Assembly (NCBI GenBank): GCA_026391215.1
Contig: JAPLDX010000053.1
Location: 1 to 36,357 of the forward strand
Source: Bacteroidia bacterium
GTDB lineage: Bacteria; Bacteroidota; Bacteroidia; Bacteroidales; VadinHA17
DNA: 36,357 nt
Direction: 5' to 3'
The notes below the pieces were generated by a model. That model was not told the DNA's origin and made no database searches. It saw nothing but the letters and a program-made list of their open reading frames with translations. Made by a program: the position numbers and the translations under genes. Positions within the stretch are counted from its first letter, which is position 1. Each line of letters begins with the position of its first letter. Positions 17,318 to 25,148 of the stretch are shown one piece after another.

Positions 17318-19935
17318 TACCTCCTTTTCTTTATTAAATTCTTTAGAATGTTATTCTGCTCCGGTTGTTCTTCTTCTATTTCAACATTTACCGTGTCAGC
17401 TTCATCCCATGTAATTTTAAACCTGGGAGTTGTAGCCGCAGGTTTTTCAGTAACGGCTGTATCATTTTTAAACCACCCGTACTCCTCATTCAGAATTGTT
17501 TTTAGGGTCTGCCTTTCCGTCCTGATATCGTTTTTGATCACATTTCCTGCAGCTTTGACATCATACCCGACCTTCACCTCTTCACCCTTATTTTCAATTT
17601 TAAGGAGAACCGATGTGCGTCCAAGCCCGTCATCCTTTATTGCGCCGAATTCTGTAGTGTTAGGTTTAAGCTTCTTTAATTTCTTACTGAGAATTTCCGA
17701 TAGCAGGATCTTTACATGATACTCATAATCATTATCGAGGCTATGTTTCCCATTCACTGACAGATCCGCCGCATTCGACTTTACGTCCATCAAGGGAATA
17801 TACAGGAAATTATTTCTTATAAAAAAATCATTTTCGAGCTTCTCAAAGCTTATGTTTTCAAGTTCGGACATTTCAATAAATGCAGAAAGCTGTCTGACAG
17901 GCTCAAAATCAATAAGGGCGCCATCAGTTATAACATATTTGCCTTCACCATTAATTGATTTTATGTCAATCTTCCAGAGTGAATCAGCCGGCAGAAGCAG
18001 GGAAAGAGAGCCGGAAAGATTTCCATTTAAATTTTCTGCTTTCAGAAAATCCTGTCCGAAATTACTGAAGGCCCTGAATGCGGAATTGATATTTACTTCT
18101 TCAAAATCAAAGCTTCCCTTGGCATTAAATGATTTATCAGGGTTCTGGACAATAAAACCATTACAGGAGATCGTTCCGTCTAAAGAATTTAATCTTAAGG
18201 TTTTAAAATTCACGAGCTTTGGTTTATAGCTGAGTGATCCACTGATTTTGTTCGCGTTGAATTGCCTGAAGCTTAATGTATCAATGACAAAATTCAGATC
18301 CAGTATGATATCAATTGGAAGAGAGTGGGCTTTTTCCCTTTTTGAAGAAGAATCAGCAGCTGAGGAAGGAGTGAAAAAAGATTCAGGCATGAGATGATCA
18401 CATCTGACACTGGCTGATGCAACAAGTATTTCAGGTTTTCCTGCCAGCCATTCGGGGAGCTTTTTAAAAATCCCGGTTATAACAAATTTATGATCCTTAT
18501 ATTTAAAATGCAGATCATTTGCTGTCACTGAATCCTTCAGTACCAGGTTCCCGTTTACCTGGCTGACCAATATCCTGTCATTCTTCAGACCAATTGAAAA
18601 TGAATTAAACATCAAGTCAACGTCTGGATCCAGGTCAATGAAATCCTGGAAAGAATACTTCTCCCTGCCCGGAAGGGCACCTTCCATTTTAAGATCAAGG
18701 TCGATGTATCCTTTTGATGAAGAAATAACTTTAATCCTGAAGAAATCTTTCAGCTCAGAGGGTATCACTTTCCCTTTTAACTTAAGTATTCCATTCATGG
18801 AATCAAAATTGCTGAGAGAAAGCGATCCGGAATATTGTGCCGAACCAAGGTTCCCTTTGAAATTATTTATTTCAAGCAGGCTGGTCTCCGGGATATGACC
18901 GGAGCCATTGGAAAAGAATCCTGAAAGAGAAACGCCATTTACATTCATGGACTTGTCAATCAGGGTTACTGAACCGTTATTCAGCAGGAATTTTATTTCA
19001 ATACCCGGATATGAGGTCCGGCTCATCAGGCCTTTAACATTACTTTTTACCTGCAAAACTCCAGCCGGATCATAATCAGTTATTTTTTTTAAAAATTCTT
19101 CCGGGATATATTTTTTAATTCCCTGTATATCAAGATTTTCTCCAGTGAGTGACAAATCAAGCATGTCATCCGAAGAAATAAAACCTTTTACCGAGAACAA
19201 GTATTTATCCAGTTTGAGAGAGCCTTTGTTGAAAACTACGCCGCTATCGTAACTTTGAAGATTAATATCTATTTCGGCCGGTATTGTGCTGGCTATCCTG
19301 GTATTGTACAGCCTGAAATCAGTGACCTGAAGCGACGAGACAGCTGTGAAATCAATTTCGTCTTCCGATATTCTGCTTGTAAGCTGACCGTTTTCCAGCA
19401 TTCCTGCAATTTCAAGCTTGATTGCAAGATTGTTATAATAAACTTTAATATCTGTCACCGAGATCTTGTTAAGGTCAATGGTGAAATCGCTGCCTGTCTC
19501 TTCGCCGGTCTCAACCGTAATATCATAGTTGATCATACCTGCAGTATCAGTTAGCAGCTTCAGCAAGCCCTCCCTGACCCCGATTCTTTCTATATTGTAA
19601 ATTCCGTGGTAGATGTCAGCAATGCTGAATTCAATAAATACGGATTTTGCAGTCAGAAGGGTATCTGTATCAATACCAGGGAAGGCTCTTCTATTAAAGC
19701 CCGGGGATGAATGGACAATAACGTTTTTAAGGTCAAGAGAAGCATTGGGAAATTTTCTCAGGAACGATAACCCGACTGATTCAAATTCATATTTAGTAGA
19801 AATGCTTTTGTTGAGGGATCTGAGAATAATACCTGCTACCTTATCCTGCATCAGGAAAGAAGCGGAAAAAAGGACTACAGTCAATGTAATGATCAGAACA
19901 GCAATTACTTTCAGTATTCTAAAGAATAGTCTCAT
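17317..19935 (-). CDS. AsmA-like envelope protein (bridge-like lipid transport superfamily)
   Basis: N-terminal TM anchor, SFLRKFPNASLDLKNV AsmA-type start, long beta-rich body, C-terminal AsmA_2-like region (ENDFFIRNNFLYIP..VNGKHSLDNDYEYHV). Confidence 0.78.
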   Translation of the reverse strand: MRLFFRILKVIAVLIITLTVVLFSASFLMQDKVAGIILRSLNKSISTKYEFESVGLSFLRKFPNASLDLKNVIVHSSPGFNRRAFPGIDTDTLLTAKSVFIEFSIADIYHGIYNIERIGVREGLLKLLTDTAGMINYDITVETGEETGSDFTIDLNKISVTDIKVYYNNLAIKLEIAGMLENGQLTSRISEDEIDFTAVSSLQVTDFRLYNTRIASTIPAEIDINLQSYDSGVVFNKGSLKLDKYLFSVKGFISSDDMLDLSLTGENLDIQGIKKYIPEEFLKKITDYDPAGVLQVKSNVKGLMSRTSYPGIEIKFLLNNGSVTLIDKSMNVNGVSLSGFFSNGSGHIPETSLLEINNFKGNLGSAQYSGSLSLSNFDSMNGILKLKGKVIPSELKDFFRIKVISSSKGYIDLDLKMEGALPGREKYSFQDFIDLDPDVDLMFNSFSIGLKNDRILVSQVNGNLVLKDSVTANDLHFKYKDHKFVITGIFKKLPEWLAGKPEILVASASVRCDHLMPESFFTPSSAADSSSKREKAHSLPIDIILDLNFVIDTLSFRQFNANKISGSLSYKPKLVNFKTLRLNSLDGTISCNGFIVQNPDKSFNAKGSFDFEEVNINSAFRAFSNFGQDFLKAENLNGNLSGSLSLLLPADSLWKIDIKSINGEGKYVITDGALIDFEPVRQLSAFIEMSELENISFEKLENDFFIRNNFLYIPLMDVKSNAADLSVNGKHSLDNDYEYHVKILLSEILSKKLKKLKPNTTEFGAIKDDGLGRTSVLLKIENKGEEVKVGYDVKAAGNVIKNDIRTERQTLKTILNEEYGWFKNDTAVTEKPAATTPRFKITWDEADTVNVEIEEEQPEQNNILKNLIKKRR

Positions 19936-19976
19936 ATTCTAATGTGATATCTTGATGCCGGCACGATATCAGTGAA

Positions 19977-19984
19977 CAAAGGTA
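19977..19984 (-). promoter_or_regulatory. Putative -7 box (TACCTTTG) for the asmA-like/kinase/U32 operon
   Basis: TAnnTTTG match on the minus strand about 40 nt upstream of ATG 19935. The downstream genes overlap by 1 and 4 nt. Confidence 0.55.
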
Positions 19985-20048
19985 ATTCATTTGAGCAAAT
20001 GTGGAGCTTAATGTCACAGCATCATAAGGAATAAACAATGCAGGCAAC

Positions 20049-20083
20049 AAAAAAATAGCGTCACGATAAATCATGACGCTATT
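20049..20083 (-). terminator. Rho-independent terminator of the ECF operon
   Basis: Minus strand reads AATAGCGTCATGA-TTTA-TCGTGACGCTATT followed by a T run, 17 nt after the stop at 20101. Confidence 0.85.
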
Positions 20084-20100
20084 CAGGGAATGAAAAATAA

Positions 20101-21066
20101 TTAATTAACAGTAAATGCCAGCCCTATTTCAAATGGGAACAAGTCAATGCCATCCGGGCTTTTGCCTGGCTTAAAAAGAGGAGTGAGGTAATAAGTTCCG
20201 TAAATATGGAAATTCTCAAATCCGAAGCGGGCAGTGGCGCCATATCTCAGAAGATTCAGGCTGAAATCACCGTCTGATGTTATCTTGTCACCGTTCTCAA
20301 AGACCATTCTTGAAATTGAATACACTTTGATGGCTCCTACCGGGCCAAAAGCCAGGTTGAGAGTATGATAATCTGCAGGTATCTGAATCTCAAGAAGGAA
20401 GGGAAGGTTCAGGTATAAAGTAGAAAGCCGCGATTTTTTAAGTACTTCACCCGGATCAAGAATTTCAATGATACCAGCTTCTCCTTTCTGTATATTATTA
20501 TTACCGTCAAATCTGTAATTATTCATATTAAGACCAAGTCCTGTGACAATTCCAAAATGTCTTGTAAATCCCAGGCTCCATTGTGAGAAATTTAAATTGA
20601 AATTCACTGATTTTGATGAATGGAGATTCATGTAATCAATGCTTTCAGGTAATGTAAGGCTGTTATCGGAGGTAAGATAATTATTTATTCCTGCCTCTAC
20701 AGCGCCCCAATGACCCTTGAATTGACTCCTTCTGTTTGCCCTGTTGTCGCGTTTATCTTCATCATCCTTATAATATTCAAAATATGAATCTTCTTCATCC
20801 TTATCATATTTTTCAAACTGGATCTTTGATTCACCTTCTTCAAGGTTCTCAAGGATAACTACTCCCCGGTTACCCACTTTTACCCTGACTTCATCCTGGT
20901 CATCCTCAACGACCACCATTTCGTCACCTACAATTACCCTGGTGATTTCATTTGTATCCGATACGATTTCCTGCCGACCGGGTTCTTTGTTCTCACCCCG
21001 GGTTTCCTGGCAGAATCCCTGGGTCATTATTGCTGATAGCAATAGAAATATTCCGATTTTTTTCAT
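20101..21066 (-). CDS. Outer-membrane beta-barrel protein (PorT/OMP_b-brl_2-like) with acidic N-terminal domain
   Basis: Signal peptide MKKIGIFLLLSAIMTQGFC-Q, alternating beta strands (GIVTGLGLNMNNYRF, YLNLPFLLE, RYGATARFG), terminal EIGLAFTVN. Start moved to 21066. Confidence 0.75.
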   Translation of the reverse strand: MKKIGIFLLLSAIMTQGFCQETRGENKEPGRQEIVSDTNEITRVIVGDEMVVVEDDQDEVRVKVGNRGVVILENLEEGESKIQFEKYDKDEEDSYFEYYKDDEDKRDNRANRRSQFKGHWGAVEAGINNYLTSDNSLTLPESIDYMNLHSSKSVNFNLNFSQWSLGFTRHFGIVTGLGLNMNNYRFDGNNNIQKGEAGIIEILDPGEVLKKSRLSTLYLNLPFLLEIQIPADYHTLNLAFGPVGAIKVYSISRMVFENGDKITSDGDFSLNLLRYGATARFGFENFHIYGTYYLTPLFKPGKSPDGIDLFPFEIGLAFTVN

Positions 21067-21096
21067 GACTGTCCTTTTAATTATTTCTGATGCAGG

Positions 21097-21123
21097 GACG
21101 TATTGCATGTCTGAAAAGTTACA
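21097..21123 (-). promoter_or_regulatory. Putative ECF-sigma promoter (TGTAAC-N17-CGTC) upstream of the beta-barrel gene
   Basis: Shares TGTAACTTTTC and CGTC with the site upstream of the sigma gene. Confidence 0.65.
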
Positions 21124-22222
21124 GTGAAGGATTGGATTTTTTAACAGGAGTGTTAATTTTCAATACTCTTGAACTGAAATATAATGATTTCACCTCTCCT
21201 TCTTCATCATTGTTTTCTACAAGGGCCATTTCCCAACCGAGAAGTTCGTTAAGGCCTTCAATTCCGGCTTCGGCTAATTCGTACGGTTTAAGCGGAGAAT
21301 CATCGTACTCTTTATCTTTCAATATCTTTTCCCTGAAAGCGCTTGCAATGAACCTTCTTAACTTGCTTCTTTCACTATCGTAATACGGAATCTCTTCAAT
21401 GACTATGTTTGAAGCAACCAATGAAGGAGCGGCAATTCCCATACTGATTTCAAGATCTGCAGAAACAGGAATTGCAGATATTAAAAATTCAGGGCTTCTC
21501 TCTGAAAATGAAGAAGAATCTTGCTGTAAAAATGCCACCGGCAGATCTATAATCCGAGATTCACCAGGTACAAAGATTTCAATACCGGAATTCGTTTCAG
21601 AAGCTTCTGATTGATATTGTACTTTGGAGGCGAGGTTTTCTATAGAGGTTATAACTGCACCAGGTTTGAGGAGAACAGTATCATTAAATGAATTTTCTGC
21701 AATCAATTCATTCGCTGTTTCCCTGGAGCGCGGAACAAAAATGTAACTCAATACTATTATGGCAATTGTTGCTGCAGCACTCAAACCAATAACGGATAAA
21801 CGCAATATTTTTTCTGTCCGGGTTCTCTTTCTTAAGAGATTTTTATTCCTGAACCTTATTTCCGGAGGTCTTAACCTGGTCCTCTGAATGGAATCAAATA
21901 GTATCCTGTTCTCAGGATTTCCGGAAATATTCTCTTTCAGGTCTTTAATTTGTGCATCGGGAAGATCATTTTCAAGATAAGCAACAGAAAGATATTCAAT
22001 CTGTGAAGGAGGCAATTCCGAGGCACTTTTCTTAAGATTTTTCTTTTCCAGCGTCCTGATGTTGTCCGGGGAGATGAGGGTTAATGATAATGAATCGGCT
22101 TCCTCCTTAAGATCAGGATTTTCATCAAGGAACGTCATAAGCTGTTCAGTACGGGCTTCATTCAGATTTCCGTCCAGCCAGTCAATTAGCCATATTTCAT
22201 AATTTGATCTGTCGGGTTTCAT
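21119..22222 (-). CDS. Putative anti-sigma factor (single TM)
   Basis: Lies 2 nt downstream of the ECF sigma. N-terminal NYEIWLIDWLDGNL..FLDENP anti-sigma-like helices, TM LSAAATIAIIVLSYIF, low-complexity periplasmic linker. Confidence 0.75.
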   Translation of the reverse strand: MKPDRSNYEIWLIDWLDGNLNEARTEQLMTFLDENPDLKEEADSLSLTLISPDNIRTLEKKNLKKSASELPPSQIEYLSVAYLENDLPDAQIKDLKENISGNPENRILFDSIQRTRLRPPEIRFRNKNLLRKRTRTEKILRLSVIGLSAAATIAIIVLSYIFVPRSRETANELIAENSFNDTVLLKPGAVITSIENLASKVQYQSEASETNSGIEIFVPGESRIIDLPVAFLQQDSSSFSERSPEFLISAIPVSADLEISMGIAAPSLVASNIVIEEIPYYDSERSKLRRFIASAFREKILKDKEYDDSPLKPYELAEAGIEGLNELLGWEMALVENNDEEGEVKSLYFSSRVLKINTPVKKSNPSL

Positions 22223-22224
22223 GG

Positions 22225-22710
22225 CTACAGAACAGTTTCAATTTTACCTATGTAATTTCTCAGGGCAACCCTGCCCCTGTATATTGATATTTTTACCTGG
22301 GCTTCAGTCATACCGGTTATCTCTCCAATCTCTCTATAACTATATCCCTCATAATCACGCAGAAGTAAAGAAGTCTTTTGTTGTTCCGGCAAACGTTCAA
22401 GAGCAGAATGCAGTATTTCGTTAAGGTCGGGATACTGTGATTCGTACAGCAGATCAGCTTCATGGTATTCTTCAAGAACTGTCATTCTCTTTTCTTTACG
22501 GATAATGTCAATCATTTCATGATAGGCTGTTGAGAATAACCAGGATTTAGCAACAACAAATTCTATTTCGGCAACACGTCTCCACAGCTTCTCAAAGCTG
22601 TCCTGGACAATATCATTTGCCCGGTCTTCATCCTTAAGATCAGCACGGATGAAGCGGTAAACAGAATCGGCATATTCTTCAACAGATCTGTTATATTCTT
22701 CTACTGTCAT
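22225..22710 (-). CDS. ECF RNA polymerase sigma-70 factor
   Basis: Region 2 (ANDIVQDSFEKLW, KSWLFSTAYH) and region 4 (ALERLPEQQK..LLRDYEGYSYREIGEI..VKISIYRGR). 161 aa. Confidence 0.96.
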   Translation of the reverse strand: MTVEEYNRSVEEYADSVYRFIRADLKDEDRANDIVQDSFEKLWRRVAEIEFVVAKSWLFSTAYHEMIDIIRKEKRMTVLEEYHEADLLYESQYPDLNEILHSALERLPEQQKTSLLLRDYEGYSYREIGEITGMTEAQVKISIYRGRVALRNYIGKIETVL

Positions 22711-22730
22711 AAACCGGTATACAGGATAAA

Positions 22731-22756
22731 GACGGATGAAAAGGAGAAAAGTTACA
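22731..22756 (-). promoter_or_regulatory. Putative autoregulatory ECF promoter (TGTAAC-N16-CGTC)
   Basis: Matches the general ECF AAC(-35)/CGT(-10) consensus with 16 nt spacing, 20 nt upstream of the sigma ATG. Confidence 0.75.
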
Positions 22757-22764
22757 AATGAAGA

Positions 22765-22871
22765 ACCCCCTCCCGCTAAATCGGGATCCCCCTAAAGGGG
22801 GGTTAAATCCTAAAAATAACAGATTTTTTTTATAATATGAAATTAGTCCCCCTTCAGGGGGGATGGGGGGT
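22765..22871. repeat. REP-like GC-rich inverted repeat pair with internal hairpins
   Basis: Left arm ACCCCC[TCCCGCTAAATCGGGA]TCCCCCTAAAGGGGGGTTAA and right arm TTAGTCCCCCTTCAGGGGGGATGGGGGGT are imperfect reverse complements separated by 36 AT-rich nt. Confidence 0.75.
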
Positions 22872-22883
22872 CTGTTTTTATTA

Positions 22884-24296
22884 TTATTTTTTCGGCTGGT
22901 ACACTCTTATCCAATCTATTTCCATTGAAGTCATGCTGCTGATGGGCTTATCGAGGCCCCCCGAGAAGAGGATATACATTGGCTCCTGCGGGACATCTGT
23001 TGTCTGGACAAATGCTTCAGTATCATTGACTTTCCAGACGAGCTTATCAGGGGTCCATTCAAGTGTGAAGATGAAGAAATCATTAGCATATTTTGAACCG
23101 ACTGAACCCTTTACCTTTTTCTCCGGTGTTGCAAAGTAATCAAACTGCACCTTGCCGTTTGAAGTGCGGCAAACATCCAAATGGGGAGTTATTTTATCCG
23201 CAAGCAGCCAGAATGCGCCTTTGGTTGCCGGATTTCCGAGCTTAATCTTTGCTGTGAAAGTACCATACTTCTGACGGAAACTTTTTCCGGTATTTATAAT
23301 TCCTGAAGTATACGCAAATTCCTTTGTTTTAAAACCATCAGTACTCCAAACCTTGCCCTCTTTCTTTTGTGGTTTTGTTATGATCTTAAGTACACTGTTG
23401 CGGATTTCAAAATTATCTTTTTCAGTGTATGCCTGGAGATCGTTGCCCACAGTGTAATTGTCCTTAAGAAGCTTATCACCCCAGAAATAATTTGTCAGCC
23501 ATGTTTTAGTATCCAGCTTGTCACCGTCAAATTCATCACTGAAAATGAGCTCCCTGTTTTTCAGGACATCAAATTTATTTGAATCTTTTACCTTACAATA
23601 CCACAGAATATCCTCGTTCTTTTTCATTCTGTCATACTCTTGTAGCTCCTTGAACATCTCAGATTTTTCGAATCTTTTCTTATCGAGAAGATAATTTTTC
23701 TTTTCCTTGAAATCATCGGTAGCAACATATTCCTTTAGTTCATTGTAACGTGCAAGGCGCGTTGAACCGTCGGTATTCAGGAAATTAGCGTACTCTTTTG
23801 ATTTTTTAAATGTATAGTAATCTTTGATCTCAGAGCTTGATTTCAGACGGTTATATTCCTGGAGCTTTTTGTCATCATCAGTCCCTTTAAATTCCTTGGA
23901 CTTCATCTTTTCCCTGAATTCTACAGACTGAACAAGCTTCTCAAGAGATTCATATCCCGTTATTTTGTCAGAACCATCAAGCTCCTTGAATTTCTTAAGA
24001 GCCGATCCGGCTATGGTTCTGAAATAGAGTACAATATCTTTTGCTTTTTGCAGTGCGAGTAACTCTTTCTCTTTTGCATATTCCCCGGAATTCTTAAAGC
24101 TGAGCGACTCTATCTCTTTCTTTTTCTGAAGAAAATCAGATGAGGTGACCAGTTCTTTCAGCTCATTATATTTTTTCAGGGTATCTGACTCTGCAAACGC
24201 TTTTAGCTTGTCAAATTCTGCTATCAGCGCCTTTTCGGCCTGTTCAATTTTAGCGGTTGACGGGATCATTCCCAGAAGAAACTTGAGACTTGCCAT
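22884..24296 (-). CDS. GH16-like domain protein (catalytic motif absent) with three N-terminal ~70-aa helical repeats
   Basis: C-terminal LIFSDEFDG, YTSGIINT, QKYGTFTAKIK, AFWLL, FTLEWTPDKLVWKVN, PMYILFS and MEIDWIRVYQ are GH16 (laminarinase-type) hallmarks. ExDxxE is replaced by HLDVCR. No clear signal peptide. Confidence 0.82.
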   Translation of the reverse strand: MASLKFLLGMIPSTAKIEQAEKALIAEFDKLKAFAESDTLKKYNELKELVTSSDFLQKKKEIESLSFKNSGEYAKEKELLALQKAKDIVLYFRTIAGSALKKFKELDGSDKITGYESLEKLVQSVEFREKMKSKEFKGTDDDKKLQEYNRLKSSSEIKDYYTFKKSKEYANFLNTDGSTRLARYNELKEYVATDDFKEKKNYLLDKKRFEKSEMFKELQEYDRMKKNEDILWYCKVKDSNKFDVLKNRELIFSDEFDGDKLDTKTWLTNYFWGDKLLKDNYTVGNDLQAYTEKDNFEIRNSVLKIITKPQKKEGKVWSTDGFKTKEFAYTSGIINTGKSFRQKYGTFTAKIKLGNPATKGAFWLLADKITPHLDVCRTSNGKVQFDYFATPEKKVKGSVGSKYANDFFIFTLEWTPDKLVWKVNDTEAFVQTTDVPQEPMYILFSGGLDKPISSMTSMEIDWIRVYQPKK

Positions 24297-24480
24297 TGCA
24301 TAAATGTTTTAAGTACAACTGATAAAGATAAAAATCTTTCCTGAATAATTAATCCGGATATTTAAAATTAATAAGATTCACACCGAAAACTATTAAGTGA
24401 AATTTATAGATCCGGGAAAATAAATAACGTCAATTTGTAAAATTTATTGAAAATAATTTGTACAAATAAAATTTCATATT

Positions 24481-24506
24481 TATCTTTGACTAACCGTTCA
24501 ATCAAA
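24481..24506 (+). promoter_or_regulatory. -7 box (TATCTTTG) overlapped by a putative TetR operator palindrome TTTGACTAACCGTTCAATCAAA
   Basis: 16 of 22 positions are dyad-symmetric. The site lies between the promoter box and the tetR ATG at 24510. Confidence 0.6.
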
Positions 24507-24509
24507 AAC

Positions 24510-25142
24510 ATGTCACCAAGGACACCACAACAGTTTAAGGAGATGAGGGAAGAGAAAATGACCCTCATAATGGACGTTGCATTAGAGCATTTTGCCAATG
24601 AAGGCTACTTCAGAACAACAATAAGCCATATTGCAAGGCATGCAGGAATATCAAAAGGCCTGATGTACAATTATTTTGATAGCAAAGAAGCTTTACTGAA
24701 AGCAATTATTCATCGATCGGTGAATGAAGTATATAAGTATTTAGACATTGACAGGGACGGATACCTTTCAGACGATGAATTCGAATTCTTTATGAGAAAA
24801 ATTAACGTGCTTTTAAAAGAAAAACGGTACTTCTGGCGGCTATTGATGCAGCTTCTAATGCAAAATGATGTCAGGGAACAATTTCTGGAAGCATTCCCGG
24901 AGTCGGATTCACTGATACATCCCGGCCATGAACCGGGAGACAACTATTACCCATTGCAGATGGTGAAAATGATCAAAGATTATTTTGTTAGAAAAAAAGG
25001 GAAATCCGGAAAACAGTATGATCCTGACAGTGAGATCAACATGTTTTATATTACTATGATGGGTTTTGCAGTGAAGAGCATTTATTCGAATACTGATGAT
25101 AATGAAAAGGCAATAAACAGGCTAATTGAGTTATATAAATAG
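24510..25142 (+). CDS. TetR/AcrR family regulator with EF-hand-like loop
   Basis: HTH ALEHFANEGYFRTTISHIARHAGISKGLMYNYFDSKEALL, then DIDRDGYLSDDE loop. Start moved to ATG 24510. Confidence 0.94.
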   Translation: MSPRTPQQFKEMREEKMTLIMDVALEHFANEGYFRTTISHIARHAGISKGLMYNYFDSKEALLKAIIHRSVNEVYKYLDIDRDGYLSDDEFEFFMRKINVLLKEKRYFWRLLMQLLMQNDVREQFLEAFPESDSLIHPGHEPGDNYYPLQMVKMIKDYFVRKKGKSGKQYDPDSEINMFYITMMGFAVKSIYSNTDDNEKAINRLIELYK

Positions 25143-25148
25143 ACTTTC

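Noticed and set aside
19998-20020. CRP-like site TGTGG..TCACA
   Set aside because: The spacer is 9 nt rather than 6 and one half-site is mismatched.
22765-22871. CRISPR array or IS ends
   Set aside because: There are only two inverted arms, no direct repeat-spacer periodicity, and no cas or transposase gene. Reported as REP-like instead.
22837-23139. 100-aa plus-strand ORF starting in the palindrome
   Set aside because: It is antisense to the GH16-like gene, and its N-terminus is just the translated repeat.
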